Shown here piece by piece: positions 49,190 to 58,869 of a stretch of 64,000 nt of DNA. This stretch comes from an uncultured delta proteobacterium. Its GTDB lineage: Bacteria > Myxococcota_A > Polyangia > Polyangiales > Polyangiaceae. The stretch covers positions 256,001 to 320,000 of the forward strand of contig CAWJCS010000005.1 in assembly GCA_963841435.1 (NCBI GenBank), in the 5' to 3' direction. The position numbers were made by a program, and so were the translations under genes. The number at the start of each line of letters is the position of its first letter. Positions within the stretch are counted from its first letter, which is position 1. The notes below the pieces were generated by a model. The model worked only from the letters and a program-made list of their open reading frames with translations. It was not told where the DNA came from and made no database searches.

Positions 49190-49915
49190 TCAGCGCGACG
49201 GAGCGTGCGCGGCGTGCTCGCCCAGCGGGTGGCCGTGGCTCCGCGCCTCGGCCGCCGCCGACGGGTTGCGATGGTGATCGATCCAGGCGGCAACCACCGC
49301 GAAGACGAGATACGACACCAACGCGGCGGCGGCCGCCTGGTTCGCGCTCTCGGGTGGGCGTCCGAAGAACATCGTGACCTGGACGGCGCAGAGCGCCGAT
49401 GCAAATACCCAGGGGCCGATGCGCCCGATCGCATCACGAGCGCGCGTGGCCCCGAGATAGAGGAGCATGCCGCCCAGGAGCGACCCCACTTCGAGGGCGA
49501 GCGCGAGCGCGGGATAGTTCCAGAGGCCGAGTCCGACTTTCCCGACGCCATCGACGATCGGCAGATCGGGTCGGTGGACGAGCAGGTCGAGAACCCAGTG
49601 GGAAAATACCGCTACGGAGATGGCCGCGAAGACCCGTTTGAAGGACGAGCGCGGCTTCGCGAGCGCGTACAGCGCGCCAAACCCGAGCGCCCAGGCGAGA
49701 GCCCCGACGAGGCTGTGCGTGTACGGCATGTAGTAGAGATCGAGCGGGTTCGTTTTGGTGATGCCGGGCACGATGCGCACCTTCTCGATCCCGAGGGGCA
49801 CGAAGATCGCCCAGGCAACGTCAACGAGCTGCACGGCGAGGAACAGCACGAAGATCGGAATGCGAGGCTGCCACCGTTTGACGGCGTATGCGGGACCATA
49901 GTGACCGATGAACAT
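49190..49915 (-). CDS. Membrane-bound metal-dependent hydrolase-like protein
   Basis: MFIGHYG, YTHSL, SHWVLDLLVHRPDL, GLGLWN. Confidence 0.87.
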   Translation of the reverse strand: MFIGHYGPAYAVKRWQPRIPIFVLFLAVQLVDVAWAIFVPLGIEKVRIVPGITKTNPLDLYYMPYTHSLVGALAWALGFGALYALAKPRSSFKRVFAAISVAVFSHWVLDLLVHRPDLPIVDGVGKVGLGLWNYPALALALEVGSLLGGMLLYLGATRARDAIGRIGPWVFASALCAVQVTMFFGRPPESANQAAAAALVSYLVFAVVAAWIDHHRNPSAAAEARSHGHPLGEHAAHAPSR

Positions 49916-50062
49916 GCCCGCGACACGGCAATCATCGTTCCATCCGCAGGCCCGCGTGAGCCGCCGTACGCCCGGAACGAGCAAGCAACAATGCCACGCC
50001 GAGGCATATGGCCGCGGCGCTCTTCCCCAATCGTGCCTTTATTCGGTCAGCTCCCGCTGCGA

Positions 50063-50266
50063 TCAGTAGTGCGGCGGCTTCTCGTTCGGCGCGTCGCGCG
50101 GCTCGAGCTCGGCGCGCACCCAGCGTTCGAGCGCGTCGAGGCGCCGCTTGAGGTCGGAAACGGCTCGGCTCAGATCGACCGTGACCTCGTTGAGGTCGAG
50201 GATGGTCTTTTCCTGATAGGCGAGCTTGGTTTCGAGGGCCACGATCGCGCTTTCGGCATCGGACAT
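50063..50266 (-). CDS. slyX: SlyX family protein
   Basis: LETKLAYQE...LN...EKPPHY. Confidence 0.9.
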   Translation of the reverse strand: MSDAESAIVALETKLAYQEKTILDLNEVTVDLSRAVSDLKRRLDALERWVRAELEPRDAPNEKPPHY

Positions 50267-50338
50267 GCGGAAAGTCTTGGCCGCGATCCGCGCCACTGTC
50301 CACGGCATCGAGGCGAATCGTTCGCCAGGGTCCGACGC

Positions 50339-51109
50339 TCAGGCCGGGGGGTCGCCGAGCTTTTCGAGCTCGGCCTCGAGCGCTTCGACGCCACCCCGCG
50401 CGGTCTCGGCAGCCTGCTCCGCCGCGGCGGCTTGGCGGCGCGCGTCGGAGAGCTCCTGGGTGCGTGCCTCGAGCTCGCCCCGCGCGAGCCTGAGGCGCCG
50501 CTCGACTCGCTCGCGCTCCGCTCGAGCTTGGGCGCGCTCCTGCTCGAGGCGGCGGCGCTCGGCCTCCACTTCCTGCTTTCGCCGTGCCGCGGTCTCCGCG
50601 TTCGCCGGGGCAGCGCCGCGCGGTTTGCTCGGTGCGCCCACCGACAGGCCCGCGACGTCGAAGCCCGGCGGGTCGCGATCCGTCTTCAGGGCTCCCGGCG
50701 GATCCGGGTCGAAGCCGCCGGCAGCCCCGAGCGCCGTGAGCGTCGTCGTCGCGCGCCTGAGCGTTGCTTCGCTCGCCGGCTTGCCCGCCTCGGCGAGCAG
50801 CGCCGCCGCACGCTCGCGGAGCTCGCCGAGTGCCTCGCGGTACGCGGTGCTCGCCGCGGGGTCCGGCTCGCCGTGCCGCAACCAATCGGCCGTCGCGAGC
50901 AGCGCGTCGAACGCCGCGCGTTCCTTGAAATAGAGCTGATTGACGACCCACGCCGACACCGGCGGTCGCCGGTGCTTCTTCAGGTCCGACGCGCTTTTGG
51001 CCTCGCCCTGCTTCGCGAGCTCCGCCGCGAGCCGGTCGCGCTCGTTCACGAAGGCCTCGAAGGGCGCCGCGTGGAGCTTTTCGAGGGCGTCGTCGTACGC
51101 CGTGGTCAC
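50339..51109 (-). CDS. Conserved hypothetical coiled-coil protein
   Basis: F...RD.LA, RRPPVSAWVVNQL, G.L..D..PPGF, C-terminal coiled coil. Confidence 0.75.
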   Translation of the reverse strand: MTTAYDDALEKLHAAPFEAFVNERDRLAAELAKQGEAKSASDLKKHRRPPVSAWVVNQLYFKERAAFDALLATADWLRHGEPDPAASTAYREALGELRERAAALLAEAGKPASEATLRRATTTLTALGAAGGFDPDPPGALKTDRDPPGFDVAGLSVGAPSKPRGAAPANAETAARRKQEVEAERRRLEQERAQARAERERVERRLRLARGELEARTQELSDARRQAAAAEQAAETARGGVEALEAELEKLGDPPA

Positions 51110-51210
51110 GGGCGCATGATAGCCGTTCGTCGCTGGCGACGGTGACGGCGCGCGCTCGTCCCGCGCTGGCGCCGCGCCCACGCCCCTCGACGATCGTCGG
51201 GGAGCTCGCC

Positions 51211-52650
51211 CTACTGGCTGTAGCTCGGCGTCCAGCCGCCGAGCACCTTTTGAATGGTATAGTTCCCGGCCTCGCTCGAGCTCATTTGGTAGCCGGAGTG
51301 GGCGCTCGCGTTCGCGCCGGGGCCCGTGCTCTGGTACTCGCGGAAGCGCGCGTTCGCGGGGTCGTTGCTGCTCATGGGGACGAAGCCCGCGGACGCGATG
51401 TGCGTGCCGAGATTCACGTTCAGGTAGGCCCCCGCGCCGTCAGCGCCCCAGGGCCTGCCGAGGGCCACGGAGTTCGCCTTGACGGAGGAGACGGCCGTGA
51501 AGTTGCCGCCCAGGAAAACGATGCCGTATGGCAGCGATACGTCGGTGTTCGGTGCGGCGACGGCCGAGCCGCCCTCGACGTTGCGTACCTCGCAATTCTG
51601 GAGAATGGCCGTGGCGCCGCCGAAGACGTAGTCGGTGTTGCCCTGCACGTAGCAGTCGCGAAAATACTGGAGCCCGTGGTGCGTGTAGAGGGTGTCCTGG
51701 TAGCCGACGAAGCGGCAGCCCAAGAACTGCTGGCGATCCCCGTTGGTTCTGAGCGCAACGGCCTGCGAGCCACTCCCGAAGCTATTTTCGATGGTGAGGT
51801 TCGCCGCTGAAAAGTCGTCGGCGCTCACGTAAACGCTCGCGGTGCCGCTCGTGCTGCCCACCTTGGCGTTGTCATCGTCGTAGGTGAGCACCGTCAACAT
51901 TACGTTCTCGCCGACGAGGCAGAGGTTGCTGCGGCTCGCGATGGTGATCTTTTCGCGATAGGTACCCGCGCGGATGTCGATGCGGATGTGAGTCGAGCTC
52001 CCGCTCGAGATGGAATCGATCGCCGCTTGCACGGTGCTGAACTGGCCGCCGCTCTTCGCCACCGTGATGGTCTGCGTGATGCCGGGCGGGCACAGGGCCG
52101 AGCCCGAGCCAGCCGCGCCTGCGCTGCCCGACGAGCCAGCGGTTCCACTGCTGCCGCCCGCGCCGCCTGCGCCCAACCCTCCGCCTCCCATCGACCCCGC
52201 AGTACCCCCCGCCGACGACCCCGCGCCGGAGGCCCCTGATGTGCCCGCGCCGCCGGCGCCACCTGCGGCAACGCCGCCAGCGCCCGAAGTCCCGCTGCTG
52301 CCGCTCTCTCCCGCAGCTCCCGCACCGGCCGCTCCAGCACCGGACGTCCCCGCGCCGAGACTCCCCGCGACACCTGCCCCCCCGGTGGTTCCCGATTGTC
52401 CGCCGCCCGCCACGCCGCCCGTGGCTCCCCCCACGCCCGCCGTTCCGGCTCCGGACGCACCGCTCGTGCCGCCCACCCCCGCCCCGGCGAAGCTCGCACC
52501 GGCCGACCCACTACCTCCCCCCGCCGTGCCACCGGCTGGCGCGCCGCCCGACGCAGACACGGCTTCCTCGGAAGGCTCCGCACCCGAGCAGGCCACGGCG
52601 CCCAACAGGAGCAAGAGCTGGGGAAGCGAGTGCGCGCGCTTTGCGATCAT
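51211..52650 (-). CDS. Pectinesterase (CE8) Gly-linker lipoprotein
   Basis: GTYREK, QAVAL, QDTLY, DYVFG, LGRPW. Confidence 0.93.
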   Translation of the reverse strand: MIAKRAHSLPQLLLLLGAVACSGAEPSEEAVSASGGAPAGGTAGGGSGSAGASFAGAGVGGTSGASGAGTAGVGGATGGVAGGGQSGTTGGAGVAGSLGAGTSGAGAAGAGAAGESGSSGTSGAGGVAAGGAGGAGTSGASGAGSSAGGTAGSMGGGGLGAGGAGGSSGTAGSSGSAGAAGSGSALCPPGITQTITVAKSGGQFSTVQAAIDSISSGSSTHIRIDIRAGTYREKITIASRSNLCLVGENVMLTVLTYDDDNAKVGSTSGTASVYVSADDFSAANLTIENSFGSGSQAVALRTNGDRQQFLGCRFVGYQDTLYTHHGLQYFRDCYVQGNTDYVFGGATAILQNCEVRNVEGGSAVAAPNTDVSLPYGIVFLGGNFTAVSSVKANSVALGRPWGADGAGAYLNVNLGTHIASAGFVPMSSNDPANARFREYQSTGPGANASAHSGYQMSSSEAGNYTIQKVLGGWTPSYSQ

Positions 52651-52772
52651 GCGGACGTCGTTGCCGTGCGCGCGCGGCGCCCGTCAGGAAAGTGAGCGCC
52701 CAGAGCGGAGGTGCCGGGTGCCGGAAGCTCCGCGCGCGCATCCGGCAGGAGAGTCTCCAGGTACGGCGCGCG

Positions 52773-53222
52773 CTATTCGAGGACGGCCGAGGCTGCGGGC
52801 GGGGCGGCGTGCGGCTCGGAGGCTGACGGGGGCGGCGCTGCTGGCATGACGGTCGCGCCGGCGATCTCGAAGGCGTGCTTCGTCTTCCGGCAGGTCGAGG
52901 TCTTCGTGTAGCCGTAGATGGCCGAGCCGGCGAACAGGGTGGCGAAGGTCAGGCCGAGCGCGATATCGGCCTCGCGACTGATCGGGAAGTCCTTGTAGTC
53001 CTTGTCATCGGCGCTGGCGGCGTACGCCATGCGCACGACCTCGAGGCCAGCGGCGATGCTGTCGAGCGCCGGCGCGGCCTTCGAGGTGGTGCAGTCGACG
53101 GGCGCTGGGCGCGACCCTTCCGCCACTTTTGGCGGCGGCTCGACGAACACGAGCGAACAGCCCGCCGTCGGGGTGAGCACGAAAATGCCGAGAACGCCGA
53201 GGAAACGAGAGGGTGATTGCAT
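52773..53222 (-). CDS. Hypothetical lipoprotein/membrane protein
   Basis: AGCSLVFV..PP, CT.S..AP..D, SAIYGY.K...C. Confidence 0.72.
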   Translation of the reverse strand: MQSPSRFLGVLGIFVLTPTAGCSLVFVEPPPKVAEGSRPAPVDCTTSKAAPALDSIAAGLEVVRMAYAASADDKDYKDFPISREADIALGLTFATLFAGSAIYGYTKTSTCRKTKHAFEIAGATVMPAAPPPSASEPHAAPPAASAVLE

Positions 53223-53486
53223 GGGATGTCCTCCGGTCCCCCGCCGTATCGGCGCGGCGGCGTCGGCGGTTGCGTCGGCGGCGATGCGGTCGCGTCTCGG
53301 GGGTGATGCGCCCCCCGCCCACCGCCCGACGCGCCTCGCGTGAACCAACCCCGGACCGCGACGACCGGGTGCCCCGGTCGAGCGAGAGAGGAAGATTCCT
53401 CTGTCGCGGATTGGGGCGCGTCCGGGGTGCATTTTCAATCGAAACCCGGCCGCTGAGGGCGCCTGTACAGATGGAGGATCTCCACG

Positions 53487-55415
53487 ATGTCATTCGTCTC
53501 CCCCACCCAGGTGACAGGCCTACTCGGGACCGCGGGTCTCCTGGCCGGCCTGCTATCGGTAGGCTGCACCGGAGAGGTCGGCGGCCCCAACGGGCCCGGC
53601 AATCCGATGGGCACCGGCGCATCCCAGGGAGCCGGTGCCACGGGCACGGGCGGGAGCGGCACGGGCGGTAGCTCCGGTGTGGGTGCGGGTGGCAGCTCCG
53701 GCGTGGGCACGGGCGGCAGCTCCGGCGTAGGCACGGGCGGTAGCGCCGGCACGGGTGGCACGGGTGGCACCGGGGGCTCGAGCGGCGCGGTCGGTTGCGT
53801 GGGGACGCACGTCACCACGAGCAAGCGCGTCGTGCGCCTCACGGAGTACCAGCTCTACAACTCGTACACCGCGCTGTTCGGTTCCACCGCGGCCGCGACG
53901 ATCGCAAAAGACGAGGATCCTCCGTCGCTCCTCGAGCGCGAGTTCCCGCCCATCAGCGGTGAGATCAGCGTGAGCGAAGGTCTGTTCGCTCTTTACGATC
54001 GCCTCGCGCAAGCGGCGATGAGCTACGTGTCGGCGAACTCGGCGACCGTCACCTCGTGCGGCGCAACACCGTCCGACACGGCGTGCGTCCAGCAGTACCT
54101 GCTCACGTTCGCCGAGAAGGCCTTCCGCCACCCTTTGAGCGCGGAAGAGCAGAGCGCCATCACGGGCCAGTTCTGGACCGAGATGACCGCCGCGGGGGCA
54201 ACCGCTGCGGAAGCGCTCGCGTATGGCGTCTACGGCGTCTTGAGCTCGCCGAGCTTCATCTATCGCACCGAGTTCGGCAACGACGTGGCGAGCGACGGCG
54301 CGCTCACCCCGTACGAGCTCGCCTCGACCGTCTCGATGTTCCTCACCGATCAGCCGCCGGACGCCGAGCTCTTGACCGCGGCCGCTGCCGGTCAGCTCGC
54401 CACGCCCGACCAGGTGCGCGCTCAGGCCACGCGTCTGCTCGCAACGCCCCAAGCACGAGCAAACCTCGAGATTGCCCTGATCCGCTACTTCAAGCTCACC
54501 AACGCGCCCAACGTCATCCTCAACCCGGAAACGGTGCCGGGCATCACCGTGACGGGCGGCCTGCTCGCCTCGATTTATCACGAGAGCGAGCTCTTCATGA
54601 AGAACACGCTCTGGACGGGGCCGCTCGACGCGCTGCTCACGTCGCGCGACACGTGGACCACCTCGCAGGTCGCCACGCAGATCTACGGGGTCTCGGCGCC
54701 CACCAACACCGACGCGGATGGCTTCGGGCTCGTCCAGCTCCCCGCCGATCGGTCCGGTCTGCTCACGCTCTCGACGTTCCTCACGTCAACCGCGCGCTCC
54801 ACGGGGACCTCGCCGGTCACGCGCGGCCTCGCGGTCAATGGCTCGATCATCTGCGAGGTGAACCCGCCCTTCCCCGAGGTGATCAACCCCGACACCGGTC
54901 AGACCGAGCCCGACCCCGAGGTCGCGGCGGCGATCGCGTCGCTCGCGAACAAGAGCGAGCTCGAAAAGACCCAGTTCCGCGCCATGACGCCCAAGTGCGC
55001 GGGCTGCCACTCGCAGTTCGACGCGTTCGGCATGGTGCTCGAGCCGTACGACTCCGTCGGCCGCTACCGCACCACGGACCTCGAGGGTCGCGCCATCGAC
55101 GCGACGTGGACCACGACGACGCTACCGGACTCGGTGGGCGGCGCGATGGTCACGAGCGCCGCCGAAACCGGCCAGGCCCTCGCCAAAAGCGGCGCGCTCG
55201 ATCGCTGCATGGCCATGAACTTCATCAACTTCGCGCTCACCGAAGTCTCGAAGGGCGGCGCGAACAACACCGACCTCTCCCAGGGCCCGCAGACGGCAAG
55301 CTGCGCCGTGCAAGGGGTCCTCGACAGCTTCGAAGCGACGGACAAGAGCTTCCCGTCGCTCATGCGCGAGATCGCGGCGTCGGAAACGCTAGCCGCGCGC
55401 TCGAAAGGACAGTGA
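53487..55415 (+). CDS. DUF1592/1588/1595-type lipoprotein with a CxxCH motif
   Basis: RLT..QL.N, KAFRHPL, SPSFIYRTE, YELAS, RSGLLT, SPVTRG, CAGCH. Confidence 0.88.
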   Translation: MSFVSPTQVTGLLGTAGLLAGLLSVGCTGEVGGPNGPGNPMGTGASQGAGATGTGGSGTGGSSGVGAGGSSGVGTGGSSGVGTGGSAGTGGTGGTGGSSGAVGCVGTHVTTSKRVVRLTEYQLYNSYTALFGSTAAATIAKDEDPPSLLEREFPPISGEISVSEGLFALYDRLAQAAMSYVSANSATVTSCGATPSDTACVQQYLLTFAEKAFRHPLSAEEQSAITGQFWTEMTAAGATAAEALAYGVYGVLSSPSFIYRTEFGNDVASDGALTPYELASTVSMFLTDQPPDAELLTAAAAGQLATPDQVRAQATRLLATPQARANLEIALIRYFKLTNAPNVILNPETVPGITVTGGLLASIYHESELFMKNTLWTGPLDALLTSRDTWTTSQVATQIYGVSAPTNTDADGFGLVQLPADRSGLLTLSTFLTSTARSTGTSPVTRGLAVNGSIICEVNPPFPEVINPDTGQTEPDPEVAAAIASLANKSELEKTQFRAMTPKCAGCHSQFDAFGMVLEPYDSVGRYRTTDLEGRAIDATWTTTTLPDSVGGAMVTSAAETGQALAKSGALDRCMAMNFINFALTEVSKGGANNTDLSQGPQTASCAVQGVLDSFEATDKSFPSLMREIAASETLAARSKGQ

Positions 55416-55416
55416 G

Positions 55417-57009
55417 ATGAAATCGTATCGCTTCGCTCGACGCTCGTTCCTCGCCGGCATCGGTGGCGCCGTCGGTCTCGAGATCCTGCTCAGGAACATG
55501 GAGGCCGCAGCGATGGGCGCCGGCGCGCCGCCGCGCTTCTTGATGATGCACTGGCCCGTCGGCACGATCAGGAACCAGTTCATCCCCACGGGCACCGGCA
55601 CTTCCTACAGCACGTCGAAGACGGCTCAGGGTCCCGGCTACATCATCTCGCCGTTCGATACGCCGGAGCTTCGCCCGTACACAATCGCGATGCACGGCTT
55701 CAACATGAACGGCATCAGCGGCCAGGGGGGCGGCCACGAAGACGGCACGCCGTTCGCCACGACGGGCTCGAGCTCGCCCGGGACGCGCGCCAACGGCGGC
55801 GAGGCCGACGACGGCTGCGCCGGCGGGCCGTCGTGGGATCAGATCATGCTGAAGAACGTGCCCGAGCTCTCCCGCAAGGACGGCATGGGTACGATCATCG
55901 GCAAGGGGTATTACAACACGATCTGCGACAAGCGCATCGACTCCTACGAGACGTCGACGCGCTGCCTTTCGTACAGCTACGAGAAGCAGTCGATCAACTC
56001 GGCACGTCCCGGCGGCTCGATCACCGAGAACAAGCCACTCCCGCCCGAGCTCAGCCCGCTCCGCGCCTTCAACGACCTCTTCAGCGGCTTCATGCCCGGC
56101 GGCACGATGAGCGATCCGCAGGCGCTCAAGATCCTGAAGCTCCGAAAGAGCGTGCTCGACTACTCGCTGCGCGAGCTCGACCGGCTCAAGACGCTCGGCC
56201 CGGCAAGCGAGCGGGACAAGATCGATAGCCACGCGGCGGCCGTTCGCAAGCTCGAAGCCCAGCTCACCGATCAGATCAGCAACGGCGGCACCGGCACGAC
56301 CGGGGAATGCACCCTGCCCCCGATGCCGGATTCTTCCCTCACCGGCAAGACGGGCGACACGCTCGGCGGGGACTACAACAATCCGGTCGCCAACCAGTCC
56401 GACGAGACGACCCACGAAGCCGTGGGCAAGGCCCATGCAGCCATCATCCGCGCCGCATTCGCCTGCGACCTCATCCGCGTGGCGACCTTCCAGTGGTCAC
56501 CCGGGACCAATCACGTCTCGTTCAAGGGGCTCGACCCGAACAGCCCGAACACGATCTACATGCACCACCCGCTCAGCCACCGCGTGGGCGACGCGAACTT
56601 CTACAACGGCGCGCGCCCCTCGACGAACGCGTACATCTGGGACGCCATGGTGAATGCCAACCGCTGGTACTTCCAGAAGACGGCCGACATCCTCAACGAG
56701 TTCAGGCTGCAGATCGATCCGCTCGATCCGATGGGCGGTAGCCTGCTCGACACCACGGTGATCCCCATGATCACGGAAGTGGCCGAGGCCGCTCACACTC
56801 GAAACGGGCATGGCGCGTTCATTTTCGGCGGCACCAAGCTCGGCATGCAGGGCGGCCAGTACAAGAGCGTCTCCGGCATCCACAATCAGTTCTGGGTGAC
56901 GGTGGCCCAGGCGTTCCTCGGCTCGAACGCCGTGAGCGCGCTGTCGGGCGAGAGCTACGTGAAGAACGGGGCGAACCCCATCGCGGGGATCTGGTCCGCT
57001 CCGGCCTGA
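55417..57009 (+). CDS. DUF1552 domain protein (Tat signal)
   Basis: RRSFL, SVLD, AFACDLIRVATFQW, HHPLSH; 1 nt after its partner gene. Confidence 0.88.
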   Translation: MKSYRFARRSFLAGIGGAVGLEILLRNMEAAAMGAGAPPRFLMMHWPVGTIRNQFIPTGTGTSYSTSKTAQGPGYIISPFDTPELRPYTIAMHGFNMNGISGQGGGHEDGTPFATTGSSSPGTRANGGEADDGCAGGPSWDQIMLKNVPELSRKDGMGTIIGKGYYNTICDKRIDSYETSTRCLSYSYEKQSINSARPGGSITENKPLPPELSPLRAFNDLFSGFMPGGTMSDPQALKILKLRKSVLDYSLRELDRLKTLGPASERDKIDSHAAAVRKLEAQLTDQISNGGTGTTGECTLPPMPDSSLTGKTGDTLGGDYNNPVANQSDETTHEAVGKAHAAIIRAAFACDLIRVATFQWSPGTNHVSFKGLDPNSPNTIYMHHPLSHRVGDANFYNGARPSTNAYIWDAMVNANRWYFQKTADILNEFRLQIDPLDPMGGSLLDTTVIPMITEVAEAAHTRNGHGAFIFGGTKLGMQGGQYKSVSGIHNQFWVTVAQAFLGSNAVSALSGESYVKNGANPIAGIWSAPA

Positions 57010-57081
57010 GACGTTTCCCCGCACGGACGAGCGCCGCATTTGCGCCTCACCGACGCGTGAGGGGCGTCGAGCACGACTCGA

Positions 57082-57101
57082 AAGCCGTTGAGTAACGGCT
57101 T
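57082..57101. promoter_or_regulatory. Perfect 8-bp inverted repeat (operator or hairpin)
   Basis: AAGCCGTT-GAGT-AACGGCTT. Confidence 0.4.
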
Positions 57102-57335
57102 CGAAAGAGGGGGCCCCCGGCGTCCCGAAGCCTGGAAACCGTGCGGCGGGCATGGGGTCGCGCGACGTCCGCGGAAGATTTCGGTGTGGGCACCGAGGGG
57201 CGGCCCGACGTAATTTGCGGCCACCGCCGACATATTCTCCGAAAACTCGTCGCCGCGGCTCCACGTTTCTGTTACTTGACGGCCGTTGCTAGGGAACCAA
57301 GAGGCTCCCCGGGGAAAAGCAGAGGGTTACGCACG

Positions 57336-58779
57336 ATGTCAAAGCAGACCATGCGCTTTCGAATTTTTAGCTGTGCCGTGCTTGCCGCGGGCAGCGCGAT
57401 GGCACAAGAGGCGCCGGCGGCCGGTGGCGGTGCCTCCCTATCGACGGGTGACGGCGCCAAGGCCAGCATGGAGACGAGCGGCGCGGCTCCCGCGGACGGG
57501 TCGGCATTCGAGCCCTACGAGGAGGGCTACCCGCCGGAAGGCAACGTGCTCGAGATCGGCATCTTCGGCGGCGTCCTCTTCCCGAGCCCGATCCACCAGC
57601 TGCGCAATCACGAGCTTTACCCCACTCACTACAAGTACAACTCCGGGCTCGAGGGCGGCGGGCGCCTCGGATACTACCCGCTGTCGTGGGTCGGCATCGA
57701 AGGCGAAGGCATGGGCGCAAGCTCCAAGGTCAAGGGCGTGGGCGACCTCGCCGTGCTCTTCGGGTACCGAGGCTTTCTGGTCGTGCAAGCACCGACACCG
57801 TACGTCGCCCCGTTCCTCGTCGGCGGCTACGGCAGGCTCGGCGCCGTGAGCCACGCCATGGGCGGCGACGTTGATCAGGGCTGGATGTTCGGCGCCGGCG
57901 CGAAGATCCCGATGACGCACATCCTCGGCCTGCGTGTCGATTTCCGCGACAACCTCACGCCGAACAAGCACCTCGGCAAGGGGCAGGGGCACAGCTTCGA
58001 GCTCCAGCTGGGCCTCTCCGCGACGATCGAGCGGTCGCGCAAGGAACCGCCGCCTCCGCCGCCGGATTCCGACCACGACGGCGTCGGCCGATCCGATGGA
58101 CAAGTGCCCGAACGACGCGGGCGTGGCGCCCGATGGCTGCCCGACGGACATGGACGCCGACGGCGTGCTCGACCGGGACGACTTCTGCCCGCGTGAAGCC
58201 GGGCCCGCTCCGAAGGGCTGCCCGATCATCGACCCGGATCCCGACAAGGACGGCGTGCCGCTGCCCTGCGATCAGTGCCCGGACGAGGCGGGGATCAAGC
58301 CCGACGGCTGCCCGGTGCGCGACAAGGACGGCGACGGCATTCCCGACGACCGCGACAAGTGCCCCGACGCTGCCGAAACCAAGAACGGCTTCGAGGACGA
58401 CGACGGCTGCCCCGACAAGATCCCCGAGGCGGTTCAGAAGTACTCGGGTGTCGTGCCGGGCATCTACTTCGAGAAGGGCAAGGCCGTGATTCGGCCCACC
58501 TCGAAGCGTGTGCTCGATGCCGCGGTCAAGGTTCTCGAGCAGTACCAGAGCATCTCCTTCGAGATTTCCGGGCACACGTCGAGCGAAGGCGACCCGACCG
58601 TCAACGACGAGCTGTCGCTCGCGCGCGCCGACGCCGTGAAGCAGTACTTCGTCGACAAGGGCATCGCCCCGAATCGCCTGAAGACGCGCGGCGCCGGCTC
58701 CTCGGAGCCCGTCGCCGACAACAAGACGCGTTCGGGCCGCGAGCAGAATCGCCGCATCGAGTTCAAGGTCCTGCAGTAG
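57336..58779 (+). CDS. OmpA-family protein (beta-barrel + TSP3-like repeats + OmpA C-domain), +1 frameshift near 58086
   Basis: DxDGDG..D.CP repeats; GHTS...N..LS.ARA.AV...NRRIEF; the two frames join as DHDGV-ADPMDKCP. Confidence 0.85.
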
Positions 58780-58869
58780 GCGCCCTCGGCGGCGCCGTGC
58801 CGGCGGCATCTCTGCCGGCGCGGCGCCCCGTGGCTCGACACGGGGCCCGAGAAGCCGCAGCATTCGGCC

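Noticed and set aside
57336-58779. TraB of the TraA/B outer-membrane exchange system
   Set aside because: No adjacent traA-like gene and the barrel region is short; generic OmpA/TSP3 architecture
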